Positions 55,072 to 64,000 of a DNA stretch of 64,000 bases are shown piece by piece. Both the position numbers and the translations under genes were made by a program. Every line of letters starts with the position of its first letter. Positions within the stretch are counted from its first letter, which is position 1. This DNA comes from Candidatus Paceibacter sp. GTDB lineage: Bacteria; Patescibacteriota; Patescibacteriia; Magasanikbacterales; UBA922. The stretch lies in contig DYFM01000001.1 in NCBI GenBank assembly GCA_020725175.1, positions 1,504 through 65,503 on the forward strand. The letters are read 5' to 3'. Under the pieces are notes generated by a model. That model was not told where the DNA came from. It worked only from the letters and a program-made list of their open reading frames with translations, and made no database searches.

Positions 55072-56319
55072 TTAGAGCGGTATAGAAAAAATACCCGGTA
55101 CATTGACATCGGTGTAAAATAGAGTTTTACCGTCATCACTTAGAAACATGGATTGAACGGTCGGCGGAGTCTCTACCGGGATTTCGGTTTTTAGTCCGGT
55201 CTGGGTATCAATTTTCATAATTGAATCTTGGGTCGTGTTTCCGAGTCCTGGTTGAAATCCCGCACCAGCCGGAAGGTTTTGCGGCACACCACAGTACACA
55301 TATCGATCATCAGTTCCAAATCCGCATTTATTGGCCCAGGTGTTTACTTCAAGCAGTTTTCTACCGGTACCAATTTGATCTCCAGAAGCATTGACGACCC
55401 AGAGAGTTGGGTTGAAATTTGTTTGGTTACTAAAAGCACTGTAGAGAAGTTTTTCTCCGGTTGGTGACCATGCGGTAGTCAGGCCTCGTCCTTCAACGAT
55501 AGTTGATTTGAAGTTTTCTTTGTTTTGTCCAATAAAAAGGAGTTCTTGTCGATATGCGCCCAGTGGTTCACCAGTGAGAGCCATGCCAACTATTTGTTTA
55601 TTTGGTGACCAGTCAATGATTACTTGATCAGCATTTTCTCCAAGCGGTTCAATCAGAGAAATGTTGTTTCCGGTTGGATCTGAGGTGATGAGCCAGCGAT
55701 TTTCCGGAGAAAATCCCAGGCTTTTGGCAGCGATTTTGTCCGATTGTGGAGAGAAAGAAAAGTTTTCCCAGTGTTTTGGTAGGGTAACTTGTTCTTTGGA
55801 GTCAAAATTGTAGTAAATGTTGGAGCCATCCGGATACTCTATGATTGTTTCATTTTTTTCTGGTGACCATACGACATTTGCTACATTAAAAAATGTTTGT
55901 TCGCTTAAGAGTTCGAGACTTCCGTCGGGTAAAAGACGATAAAATTTTCCATCTTGTTTATTGTAAAATTTGGCTGCACCCAGAGTGTCTTTGGTGGCAG
56001 CGAGTACCGGTACATCAATGAGCTGTACGCTGGCTGGAAGGACGAAGCTGGGTTCAGATGAACCAGGTTGTTGGGTTGTTGGGGGGGTGGTTCCGGGAGT
56101 TTGACCGGGAGTTGGGAGAGAACCTGGTTGGTCAGTGACACTGCCGCGTGTGCCACCTTGACCTGCTTCAGGAAATCCGTCAGTGGGAAGTGGTTGCCCA
56201 TCTGGACCAACCGGTCGAGGAGTGGGCTTGGGGGCAAAAAATACCATCCAAAGAAGAATACCGAGAATGATGGTGACAATGAGGAACCCGATGGCGAAAA
56301 GGAGGCGACGTTTGTCCAT
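55072..56319 (-). CDS. Membrane-anchored TolB-like beta-propeller protein with Pro/Gly/Thr-rich linker
   Basis: N-terminal TM; PD40-like repeats (VVWSPEKNETIIEYPDGS, IDWSPNKQIVGMAL, TAWSPTGEKLLYSA, LSDDGKTLFYTD). Confidence 0.55.
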   Translation of the reverse strand: MDKRRLLFAIGFLIVTIILGILLWMVFFAPKPTPRPVGPDGQPLPTDGFPEAGQGGTRGSVTDQPGSLPTPGQTPGTTPPTTQQPGSSEPSFVLPASVQLIDVPVLAATKDTLGAAKFYNKQDGKFYRLLPDGSLELLSEQTFFNVANVVWSPEKNETIIEYPDGSNIYYNFDSKEQVTLPKHWENFSFSPQSDKIAAKSLGFSPENRWLITSDPTGNNISLIEPLGENADQVIIDWSPNKQIVGMALTGEPLGAYRQELLFIGQNKENFKSTIVEGRGLTTAWSPTGEKLLYSAFSNQTNFNPTLWVVNASGDQIGTGRKLLEVNTWANKCGFGTDDRYVYCGVPQNLPAGAGFQPGLGNTTQDSIMKIDTQTGLKTEIPVETPPTVQSMFLSDDGKTLFYTDVNVPGIFSIPL

Positions 56320-56340
56320 ACAAGAAAATGTAATTAATGG

Positions 56341-57363
56341 TTATGCTGAACGAAGTTGGTTTAATCGTTGTGATATTCCCGCTATTTTTTGTTGAGTTTG
56401 TCCTAATTGAGCGGTAAGTTGTGGGATGCCATACTCTTGTTGGAGCTGTGCTATTCTAGCGGACAGCTCGTCTTGTAATCTCGTAATTTTGGATTTCAGT
56501 CGAGCTTTTTGAAAACGAAGTCTTCCGGCCATGGCAAATAAAAATCCGGCGCCTCCGGTAAGAATGAGAATGATAATAGGGATAATGGTAATGATTGAGA
56601 AAATTACTATTATCATGATTCCATAGAAAGCAAGATTAACTAATTTCAGACTAAACTTTAGTTGGGAAATTTGTTTGCGTAGACCCGACACTCTTTCGTC
56701 TTTATCGAGTCGATTTTTTGCCTGATTAAGTTGTTGAATTGTTTGTCGTTCTTCTTGCTGGAGTGCCGCGGCTTGCGTTTGAAGGGTTTGGACTTGTTGT
56801 TGGATGCTTTCTGAATCAGGAGGTGATTGGTCTGGTTGTGTTTCCGGTGGTTGTGTTTCATCAATATCGTTATTTGGTTGTTTGGTAGTATCTTCAGGTA
56901 GTTCGTTTTCCGGAGGAGATTGATCAAACGGTTGATATGGAGGTTGTTCTGTTGGTTCTCCTTGTTCCCCTTGTTGTTCCTCAGTGGTAGCCGATTTGTT
57001 TTGAGGAGTCGGTTCGTTTTTCGGTTGGGTTGATGATGGATTTTTTTCCTCTAGAGCATCATTGATTCTGTTTCGGGTGGACGGTTGCTCTGCAGCCGGG
57101 TTGTCAAACGCTTGACTCGGTTGAGACAGTGTTTCGTCGAGAGCGGACGTATCGGCGAAACTATCGAGGACTTCTTTGTTGGTAAAATTATCAACAGCAT
57201 TTTGAGCTGCGTCAGTAACGGCATCTTCCATGGTTGCTGCCGCTTCAGCGGCTGCCTGCTGTAATTCTTCTTCATTACTTACCGATCCAGGCCCTCCGGC
57301 AAAATTGAGAAACGCAGCCATGAGCGCGCCGGTTAATTTGCTGTGAAGTCCTGGTATGTTCAT
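56341..57363 (-). CDS. Acidic Pro/Gln-rich protein with one TM helix and C-terminal coiled coil
   Basis: Low-complexity acidic region, TM IMIIVIFSIITIIPIIILILTGGAGFLF, then heptad-like Q/L-rich tail; ATG 57363 preferred over TTG 57369. Confidence 0.4.
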   Translation of the reverse strand: MNIPGLHSKLTGALMAAFLNFAGGPGSVSNEEELQQAAAEAAATMEDAVTDAAQNAVDNFTNKEVLDSFADTSALDETLSQPSQAFDNPAAEQPSTRNRINDALEEKNPSSTQPKNEPTPQNKSATTEEQQGEQGEPTEQPPYQPFDQSPPENELPEDTTKQPNNDIDETQPPETQPDQSPPDSESIQQQVQTLQTQAAALQQEERQTIQQLNQAKNRLDKDERVSGLRKQISQLKFSLKLVNLAFYGIMIIVIFSIITIIPIIILILTGGAGFLFAMAGRLRFQKARLKSKITRLQDELSARIAQLQQEYGIPQLTAQLGQTQQKIAGISQRLNQLRSA

Positions 57364-57372
57364 ACGCAAACA

Positions 57373-57726
57373 TTAGCGCGATTGAGAAAAAGCAACTACG
57401 AGTCTGGCGCATTCAGTATAGTACATTTTCGTTTCTTTCTCAATATCCTTGGCAGTCAGTTTTCCTTGTTGTTTGAGGAGTGTCAGTGAAATGACACATA
57501 GTCGGGCTCGCAGATCAACCATTCTGTTGAGACGTCGTTCGGTGTCTGAGGTTTGTTGTTTGTCGTGTGCTTGCAAAAGTTGTGTTTTTTGAAATTGTAT
57601 TTCTTCAAGAATATTTTTTTGCTCCTCGTGTAACGTAAAACCGGCCTTGGAAAAGCGGCGGCCTTTTTGGGTGCGGAGTGCTGCTGCCCATTGTTGTTCT
57701 TGATCTGGGAGAGGTGAGACAGGCAT
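57373..57726 (-). CDS. Hypothetical helical protein
   Basis: 117-aa ORF between the clpC-like gene and the coiled-coil protein; no motif. Confidence 0.4.
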   Translation of the reverse strand: MPVSPLPDQEQQWAAALRTQKGRRFSKAGFTLHEEQKNILEEIQFQKTQLLQAHDKQQTSDTERRLNRMVDLRARLCVISLTLLKQQGKLTAKDIEKETKMYYTECARLVVAFSQSR

Positions 57727-57733
57727 GTGTAGT

Positions 57734-60283
57734 TTAGATAAGTCGATAACCTTGGTTGCTCTTTTTGAGCGTATAACGTTTTTTGCGTTGTTTTTTATCG
57801 AGTACTGTCATGACTTGTTCGTGAATGACGCGCTCTAAGTGGCGGGTAACATAGCGTGCGCCTGAATCGGAGGAGAAACATTCTTTGGTGAGGCTAGGAA
57901 GAATAGTCGAATCGAGTTGAATCACTATTTGTTGGACGTTTCGTACTTGTGCAAAAATCTCTTCTGTGTGTTTTTTTACAATAGTGGAAATGTGTTCTTC
58001 TGAAAGTGGGGTAAACAGAGAAATTTGATCTAAACGACTCATCAGCGCATTGCCCAATTCTTCTTTGATACGAGCGGTAACGGCCGTTTGTATTCGTGAA
58101 AGTCCGATCGGGTCATTGGTTTGTTTTTCAAATCCGATACCGGTAGTTTGAAAAAGTTCCGCTCCGATGTTGGCGGTCAGAATAATGATCGAATTTTTAA
58201 AAGAAATTTTTTTGCCGGTGCTGTCGGTGAGCTCGCCCTCGTCAAGGATCTGGAGAAGAAGTTTCAAGACATCTCTGTGGGCCTTGTCAATTTCATCATA
58301 CAAGACAACGGCATACGGTTTTTTTTGAACTTCATCGAGAAATCTATTCCGTTCTTTATACCCAACATACCCGGCCGGGGAACCGAGCAGTTTTGAAACT
58401 CCGTGCGATTCAGAAAACTCACTCATGTCGAGTTTTATCAGCGCGTTTGGTGACTGATACAGTTCTTTGGCAAGCTGTTTAGCCAGTTCGGTTTTTCCTA
58501 CGCCACTTGGTCCAACAAAAAGAAAAGACGCACGTGGTTTTCGTTCTTCTATTCCCCGTAATTCTCTTTGTTTAAGTGTTCGCACCAGATCGTGAATGAC
58601 CGGTTCTTGACCAATGATATGGGTGCTGAGACGTGTTCCGAGTTCATTAAGAGATGTCCATTCGTCTGCAATCAAAAGTGATGAATCGATGCCAAGTCGA
58701 TCAGCTAATACATTGGTAACATCTTCAGCTGTGACCGGCTCTGGTTTGGTGGAAGGTTTCTTTTTGTATTTCTTTTCAATCGTGTGCAGTTCTTTTTCTA
58801 GTGCAGCCAGTTCGTTTTTTATTTCCATCGCGCCGTCAAACTGTTCGGAAATTACCGCTTCTTCTTTTTTCTTTTTTAGTTCTTGCAATCGATCACGAAG
58901 CGTACGTAGTTTTGCGACATACGGCGGGGTAGGGCGTTTGGATCGAACACTGGCCGCGGCTTCGTCGATGAGGTCTATGGCTTTATCCGGAAAAAAATTA
59001 TCATGTACATAGCGACCGCTGAGAGAAACTGCCGCTCGAATTGCATCATCTTGAATAAGTGTTCCGTGATATTCGTCAAAATTTTCTTTCACTCCTTCTA
59101 AAATTTGAATGGTTTCATTGGCACTTGGTTCTTCTACGTGAATGGAAAGAAATCGTCGGGACAGTGCTGGATCATTGGAAATGTATTTTTTGTATTCATC
59201 AAATGTGGTTGCCCCGATACAGCGCAGTTGTCCTCGGGCCAAGGCTGGTTTCAACATGTTGGCTGCGTCCATAGTCCCTTGGTTTGATCCGGCGCCGATA
59301 ATGTTGTGAATTTCATCTATAAACAAGATGCAGTCTTCCCGATTACTGAGTTCGTCCATAATGTGTTTTAGTCTGCCTTCAAACTCTCCACGGTAAATCG
59401 TACCAGCTAAAAGAAGGGTAAGGTCAAGGGAAAGAATTTTTTTGTCTTTCAAAATGTCCGGTACATCGCCACTGGCTATACGGCGAGCCAATCCTTCGAC
59501 AATGGCGGTTTTCCCTACGCCTGGTTCTCCAACTAGAACCGGATTGTTTTTATGTCGACGTGCCAAGATGTGGATGAGACGGCTTATTTCTCTCTCTCGT
59601 CCAATTACCGGATCAATTTTCCTCTGTAACTGCTTCGCTGTCAGATCGATGGTAAACATCTCCAGGGCAGTTTGCTGTTTTGGTGCATGTTTCTTTTTTC
59701 CGGAGTGATTGGGGGTGATGCGGGGAGTGGATTGCGGATGGTTGGTTGGCGGCTGGTCAATCATTTGTTCTATTTGATCCATTGCATCAATCACGTCTTC
59801 TACGGCTGGGAATTTACTCACGCTGGCAAAGACGGTGTGAATTTGATCTTCAAGGTCGTCAAATGATATTTTTTGTTGTTTTAGAATCGCGTCTACCAAA
59901 GGATCTTCACAAATAATGAGCCCATGGAGAACGTGTTCGGTGCCAATGTAGTTGTGCTCATGTTCATAGGCAGAAAGCATGGCTTTTTCCAACACTTCTT
60001 TGGACTTGTGATTTAATTCTGGTAAGAGATTTGCTATCGGGTTGGTGGAGGTGGTGGCTGGTACTTTTACTCGTGAACGCAAGGAATCAGCGACAATTTG
60101 GCTGTTAAATTTGGATTTTTTCAAAATTTCCGCCGCCACTGATCCTGGTTCTTCGGCCAGGGCAATCAAGAGGTGGATTGGCAAGACCTCTTGTTCATTC
60201 AAAGATGCCGCTAAAGAAATTGCCCGCGCAATACTATTTTTGAGGTGGGTAGAGAGATTGTCAAGAAATTGTTTAGAATTCAT
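57734..60283 (-). CDS. AAA+ chaperone of the ClpA/ClpB/ClpC family (two NBDs, Clp_N domain, short middle domain; ClpC-like)
   Basis: [21 protein letters not shown] (Walker A, NBD1), ILFIDEIH (Walker B), [19 protein letters not shown] (NBD2), ...[11 protein letters not shown]...; N-terminal Clp_N repeats. Confidence 0.85.
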   Translation of the reverse strand: MNSKQFLDNLSTHLKNSIARAISLAASLNEQEVLPIHLLIALAEEPGSVAAEILKKSKFNSQIVADSLRSRVKVPATTSTNPIANLLPELNHKSKEVLEKAMLSAYEHEHNYIGTEHVLHGLIICEDPLVDAILKQQKISFDDLEDQIHTVFASVSKFPAVEDVIDAMDQIEQMIDQPPTNHPQSTPRITPNHSGKKKHAPKQQTALEMFTIDLTAKQLQRKIDPVIGREREISRLIHILARRHKNNPVLVGEPGVGKTAIVEGLARRIASGDVPDILKDKKILSLDLTLLLAGTIYRGEFEGRLKHIMDELSNREDCILFIDEIHNIIGAGSNQGTMDAANMLKPALARGQLRCIGATTFDEYKKYISNDPALSRRFLSIHVEEPSANETIQILEGVKENFDEYHGTLIQDDAIRAAVSLSGRYVHDNFFPDKAIDLIDEAAASVRSKRPTPPYVAKLRTLRDRLQELKKKKEEAVISEQFDGAMEIKNELAALEKELHTIEKKYKKKPSTKPEPVTAEDVTNVLADRLGIDSSLLIADEWTSLNELGTRLSTHIIGQEPVIHDLVRTLKQRELRGIEERKPRASFLFVGPSGVGKTELAKQLAKELYQSPNALIKLDMSEFSESHGVSKLLGSPAGYVGYKERNRFLDEVQKKPYAVVLYDEIDKAHRDVLKLLLQILDEGELTDSTGKKISFKNSIIILTANIGAELFQTTGIGFEKQTNDPIGLSRIQTAVTARIKEELGNALMSRLDQISLFTPLSEEHISTIVKKHTEEIFAQVRNVQQIVIQLDSTILPSLTKECFSSDSGARYVTRHLERVIHEQVMTVLDKKQRKKRYTLKKSNQGYRLI

Positions 60284-60320
60284 AGGGAATAGTTGTTTTT
60301 ACTAATAGGTACTATGTATC

Positions 60321-60494
60321 TTACGGATTACGGATAATACGGAGGTACGGATAATTGTTTTGCAGAGTAAGCTAGTAAGCAGAATAGGCAGAGTAAGAGT
60401 ACAAAACACCATAGCTTATTCTGCTTACTCTGCGTACTTGCATATTCTGCCCGGTTCAACATCTGTATCTCCGTATTATCCGTAATCCGTAAAA
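60321..60494. repeat. ~175 bp dyad-symmetric intergenic repeat element, copy 2 (clpC-like/pgm divergent spacer)
   Basis: ttacggattacggataatacggaggtacgg ... gcagagtaagctagtaagcagaataggcagagta ... tattctgcttactctgc ... ctccgtattatccgtaatccgtaaa; matches 22288-22464. Confidence 0.8.
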
Positions 60495-60566
60495 CAAAAT
60501 TTGCAAAAAATTCCTCCTTCACGTTATACTAATCATACATGATAATTCCTTCTAAATCAACTACAT

Positions 60567-62426
60567 ATGACAGTAGATGTTTTTTCTAGTCAACTTTCAG
60601 AACTTCGAACACTTGGTTTGGTTGATTCGGCCAGCCAAAAAATTGAAAAATGGCTCAATGAAGAATCATACGAAGCGTTTCGTTCCGAAATTTTGGCTCT
60701 CATTGAAGCAAAAAATGTGAGCGAACTCAATGACGCGTTTTATCAAGTTATTCCTTTTGGTACCGGAGGGCGACGTGGAAAAATGGGGGTGGGGCCAAAT
60801 CGCATCAATACACGTACTATTGCTGAGTCGGCTCAGGGTTTTGCGGAATATCTCAAAAAACACTTTGGTGAAGAAGAGGTGAAGCGGCGGGGAATGGTGG
60901 TGACATACGATGTTCGGCATAATTCCCGACGGTTTGCTGAGGTAGCGGCGAGTGTGTTTGCGGCCAATGGAATTACCGTATACTTTTTTGACGGTGTACG
61001 AGCAACACCGCAGATTTCTTTTACTATTCGGTATAAACATGCTGTTGGTGGGGCCATGATTAGCGCGAGTCATAATCCGCCAACAGATAACGGGATAAAG
61101 GTTTATTGGGAAACGGGCGGGCAGGTCGTGCCACCGCATGATGTTGGGATTATTTCTGAAGTAGGAAGTGTTCAACACATTGTTCAGGCAGATTTTCAAA
61201 AGGCGGTAGCACAAGGCAAGATTGTGTTACTCGGGAGTGATGCTGACCAAGCTTATCATGATGCTGTTGCGAATTTGTCTTTGGGGCCCTATCGAGATGT
61301 CCATATTGTTTTCAGCCCGCTACACGGATGTGCTACTACCTCATTTTTACCGGTTCTTGAGCAAATGAACTTTACTGTTATTGAGCGAGTTGAGCCGCAA
61401 ATGACGCCTGACCCGGAATTTTCGGCTGTGGAAAAACAAACGCCAAATCCGGAAGTACCAATCGCTATGCGTCAAGCGGTGGAACAAGCCAAAGCAAACG
61501 GTGCGGATTTGGCTTTGGCAGCTGATCCGGACGCGGATCGAATCGGGGTAGTCGGAAGAAAGAGTTTTTCAAGTGATGAGTATGTGTTTTTTAATGGCAA
61601 TCAAATTTCCGTCTTATTGTTTGATTATATTACCAGCGAACTAAAACAGCAGGGGAGACTTACAAAGAATGCGGTCCTGGTAAAAACTATTGTTACAACA
61701 GAACTGTTGACCAAAATTGCGCAAGATAATGGTGTAGAAGTTATTCCGGATTTGCCGGTAGGATTTAAATATATTGGTGATGCGATAGAACAGCGATTGA
61801 CAGGAAAGGTGTTTTTGTTTGGTGCTGAAGAAAGTCATGGGTATTTGTATGGTACTTACGCGAGAGAAAAAGATGGAGCGGTGGGGGCAATGCTTATTTC
61901 CGAGTATGCTGCCAAACTAAAACAAGAAGGAAAAACTTTGTATGAGCGGTTGGAGGAAATTAAAAAACAGTATGGATATTTTCGAGAACTGTTGCAAGCG
62001 ATTTATTATCAAGGAATGGATGGGATGGAAAAAATGCTCGCTATTATGAACAATTTTCGTGCGCAATTACCTACTGAGGTGGATGGAAAACGAGTACATA
62101 TTGTACTCGACCAACTTGCCAAGAAGTTCATTGATCCACATACCGGCGAAGAAGTAGGTGAATATGTAGGGTTTCCGGATAATGCGTTGGTATTCTATTT
62201 AAATGAAGAACGAACGAAACGAATTGTGGTGCGACCTTCGGGTACTGAACCGAAGATTAAATTCTACGTTGCTATCGGTGAGGATGTTGGGCTTGAGGTA
62301 ACCGAAGAGAAATTTGAACAAGTAAAACAGCAGGTTGATGCTACCGCTTTCGCGGTGTTGGAAGATATCGTTAGTCGGGCGGAAAAAGTTTCTAATGGAG
62401 GAAAACGATTTGAGGTGTTGGGTTGA
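60567..62426 (+). CDS. Phosphoglucomutase/phosphomannomutase family (alpha-D-phosphohexomutase)
   Basis: Active-site GAMISASHNPPTDNGIKV, metal loop ALAADPDADRIGV, sugar-binding ...EESHGY... Confidence 0.85.
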   Translation: MTVDVFSSQLSELRTLGLVDSASQKIEKWLNEESYEAFRSEILALIEAKNVSELNDAFYQVIPFGTGGRRGKMGVGPNRINTRTIAESAQGFAEYLKKHFGEEEVKRRGMVVTYDVRHNSRRFAEVAASVFAANGITVYFFDGVRATPQISFTIRYKHAVGGAMISASHNPPTDNGIKVYWETGGQVVPPHDVGIISEVGSVQHIVQADFQKAVAQGKIVLLGSDADQAYHDAVANLSLGPYRDVHIVFSPLHGCATTSFLPVLEQMNFTVIERVEPQMTPDPEFSAVEKQTPNPEVPIAMRQAVEQAKANGADLALAADPDADRIGVVGRKSFSSDEYVFFNGNQISVLLFDYITSELKQQGRLTKNAVLVKTIVTTELLTKIAQDNGVEVIPDLPVGFKYIGDAIEQRLTGKVFLFGAEESHGYLYGTYAREKDGAVGAMLISEYAAKLKQEGKTLYERLEEIKKQYGYFRELLQAIYYQGMDGMEKMLAIMNNFRAQLPTEVDGKRVHIVLDQLAKKFIDPHTGEEVGEYVGFPDNALVFYLNEERTKRIVVRPSGTEPKIKFYVAIGEDVGLEVTEEKFEQVKQQVDATAFAVLEDIVSRAEKVSNGGKRFEVLG

Positions 62427-62550
62427 AATCAGAAGTTGTCTCCTCCTTTTTTGTAAGGAAAGGAGGTTGAAAGGATTGGTTGTGTTAAGAGGTGTCTCGG
62501 TCACATTTACCGGTGTTTTAGTATAGATGACAACAACAAAAAATCATCCG

Positions 62551-62979
62551 TCACAGCGGATGATTTTTGAGATACTCAAGTATGTGTTGAAGACTAATCG
62601 TTTTTGGCAAGTCGCCCATTTCTTGTATTGTAAACCAATCAAGCAAGTCACATTTGTGTGGTTCCATAATCTGAGGAGTGCCCTTGGAAATGGTACAAAT
62701 ATAGGTAGTGGTTACCCAATGTTGTTTTTCTTCGGGAATGATATGGTTGAAATTGTGAAGTTGCTGAATTATTTCAACGTCTACGCCAAGTTCTTCTTTG
62801 GCTTCCTTTTGTACTGTCTTTTCAAGCGTATCGCCAAACTCTACCATTCCTCCTGGTAGGCTCCACTTGTTGGGTTCATTGCGTACTTCTTTACCACGTT
62901 TGAGAAGGAGAATTTTTCTTTCTTCATTCATAATGAGGATACCTACTCCAACGCTGATGTAGTCTTTACCGGGGATCAT
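62551..62979 (-). CDS. NUDIX hydrolase
   Basis: Nudix box GGMVEFGDTLEKTVQKEAKEELGV. Confidence 0.8.
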   Translation of the reverse strand: MIPGKDYISVGVGILIMNEERKILLLKRGKEVRNEPNKWSLPGGMVEFGDTLEKTVQKEAKEELGVDVEIIQQLHNFNHIIPEEKQHWVTTTYICTISKGTPQIMEPHKCDLLDWFTIQEMGDLPKTISLQHILEYLKNHPL

Positions 62980-63105
62980 AGGGAATTGTTTGGTTGATTA
63001 GTTTATTGGTTTTTTGTTGAGGATAAAGGTTGGGGTAGTTGATGAGAACTGTTTCATCAGATAATGTAGAATGAAAAAAATGGTATTACGATTCAAGGGA
63101 TGTAT

Positions 63106-63876
63106 TTATTCCTGTAACCTACGTACGATAGCGGTTGCGACTGTTCTTGGTACGAAGCGGTTGAGGAAGGTGAGAGTAGTGTTTTTCCATCCGGGTATAA
63201 CAACTGTTTTTCCTTTCATGAGTCCACTGTAGCCTACTTCAGCTACAGATTTAGCTGTAGGGATGTTGCCGGTAAACAGTGAACCGCTATTCATCTGTGA
63301 TCGTTTTTGAAATTCCGTCTCAGTTGGTCCAGGGCAGAGCGTGGTTACTGTGATACCGGTTCCTTTGAGTTCGTTTGCGAGCGCTTCGGAAAAAGATAAT
63401 ACGTAGGCTTTGGTAGTAAAATATACAGCCATGAGAGGCCCGGGTTGAAAGGCGGCGGTAGAAGCGACATTGAGAATTTTACCAGATTTTTGAGTAATCA
63501 TTTGTGGGAGAAAGAGTTTGGTGAGAGCGGTGAGAGAGGAAATATTTACCTGAATCATGTTCAGTTCTTCTTGTAACTTTGTATCTTTGAAAAAACCATA
63601 GGTTCCAAAGCCGGCATTGTTGACAAGAGTGTTAACCTGAAGATGGTATTCTTTGGTCAGGTGGTACAATTCTTCCGGGGCCGAGGGCTGCGAGAGATCT
63701 TTCGGAAACACGTGGACAGATATGTTGTGTTTAGATTCAAGTTCACTTTTTAATTGTAGTAATTTTGTTTCATTGCGAGCCACCAAGAAAAGGTCAGATC
63801 CTTCTTGCGCAAAAATACGGGCGAGTTCAAGGCCTATGCCACTGGATGCGCCGGTAATGAGGGTTGTTTTTTTCAT
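63106..63876 (-). CDS. Short-chain dehydrogenase/reductase (SDR) family oxidoreductase
   Basis: MKKTTLITGASSGIGLELA (TGxxxGxG), NNAG, catalytic YxxxK (YFTTKAYV). Confidence 0.85.
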   Translation of the reverse strand: MKKTTLITGASSGIGLELARIFAQEGSDLFLVARNETKLLQLKSELESKHNISVHVFPKDLSQPSAPEELYHLTKEYHLQVNTLVNNAGFGTYGFFKDTKLQEELNMIQVNISSLTALTKLFLPQMITQKSGKILNVASTAAFQPGPLMAVYFTTKAYVLSFSEALANELKGTGITVTTLCPGPTETEFQKRSQMNSGSLFTGNIPTAKSVAEVGYSGLMKGKTVVIPGWKNTTLTFLNRFVPRTVATAIVRRLQE

Positions 63877-64000
63877 GCTTGTTCAGTTATAGCGAAAAAA
63901 AACCACAATAATAAGTATTTTCTTCGGTACTTCATTTTACGGATTAAAGTTTCTTTATTTTGCTATTTCATCATTTCGTACCGGAATGAACTACAACATC

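Noticed and set aside
56040-56200. GC-rich patch inside the TolB-like gene, looked at as another palindromic element
   Set aside because: It encodes a Pro/Gly/Thr-rich low-complexity linker (PTTQQPGSSEP...) and has no dyad symmetry.

Overview
This 64 kb window is a gene-dense, low-GC (~42%) bacterial chromosomal segment. It opens with the end of the S10 operon and the spc ribosomal-protein operon (rpsC', rplP, rpmC, rpsQ, rplN, rplX, rplE, rpsZ, rpsH, rplF, rplR, rpsE, rplO, secY, adk, map). Notably, rpmD (L30) is missing between rpsE and rplO. After map come housekeeping genes: ruvX, recO, asnS, an RsmB-like methyltransferase, aspS, two membrane glycosyltransferases, scpA, scpB, dacA-like, parA, parB, rel, topA, folC-like, dprA, pth, der, an LCP protein, recG, guaB, radA, a clpC-like chaperone, pgm, a Nudix hydrolase and an SDR. 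The missing L30, the short-form Rel and the gene content fit a reduced-genome, CPR/Patescibacteria-like organism; that assignment is inference only. I found two tRNAs: tRNA-Leu(CAA) on the minus strand, and a tRNA-Arg(GCG) with its own sigma70-like promoter. Most interesting is a mobile-palindrome layer. A REP-associated tyrosine transposase (RAYT/IS200-like) gene carries an in-frame TAA. Short GC-rich palindromic elements are inserted in frame into rsmB, aspS, recG and the RAYT gene itself, and others lie in intergenic DNA. A ~175 bp dyad-symmetric repeat family recurs in intergenic spacers (scpA/scpB, parA/parB, clpC/pgm, with a fragment at dprA/pth). A tandem array of tRNA 3'-fragments interleaved with palindromic elements follows the tRNA-Arg gene. 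There is also a 9-gene minus-strand envelope operon (51191-60283) in which two adjacent proteins share a two-helix membrane hairpin domain fused to different peptidoglycan hydrolases. Other oddities include a PEPCK-like gene split by a poly-A10 tract, heptanucleotide tandem repeats, and large hairpin insertions inside the ribosomal operon.
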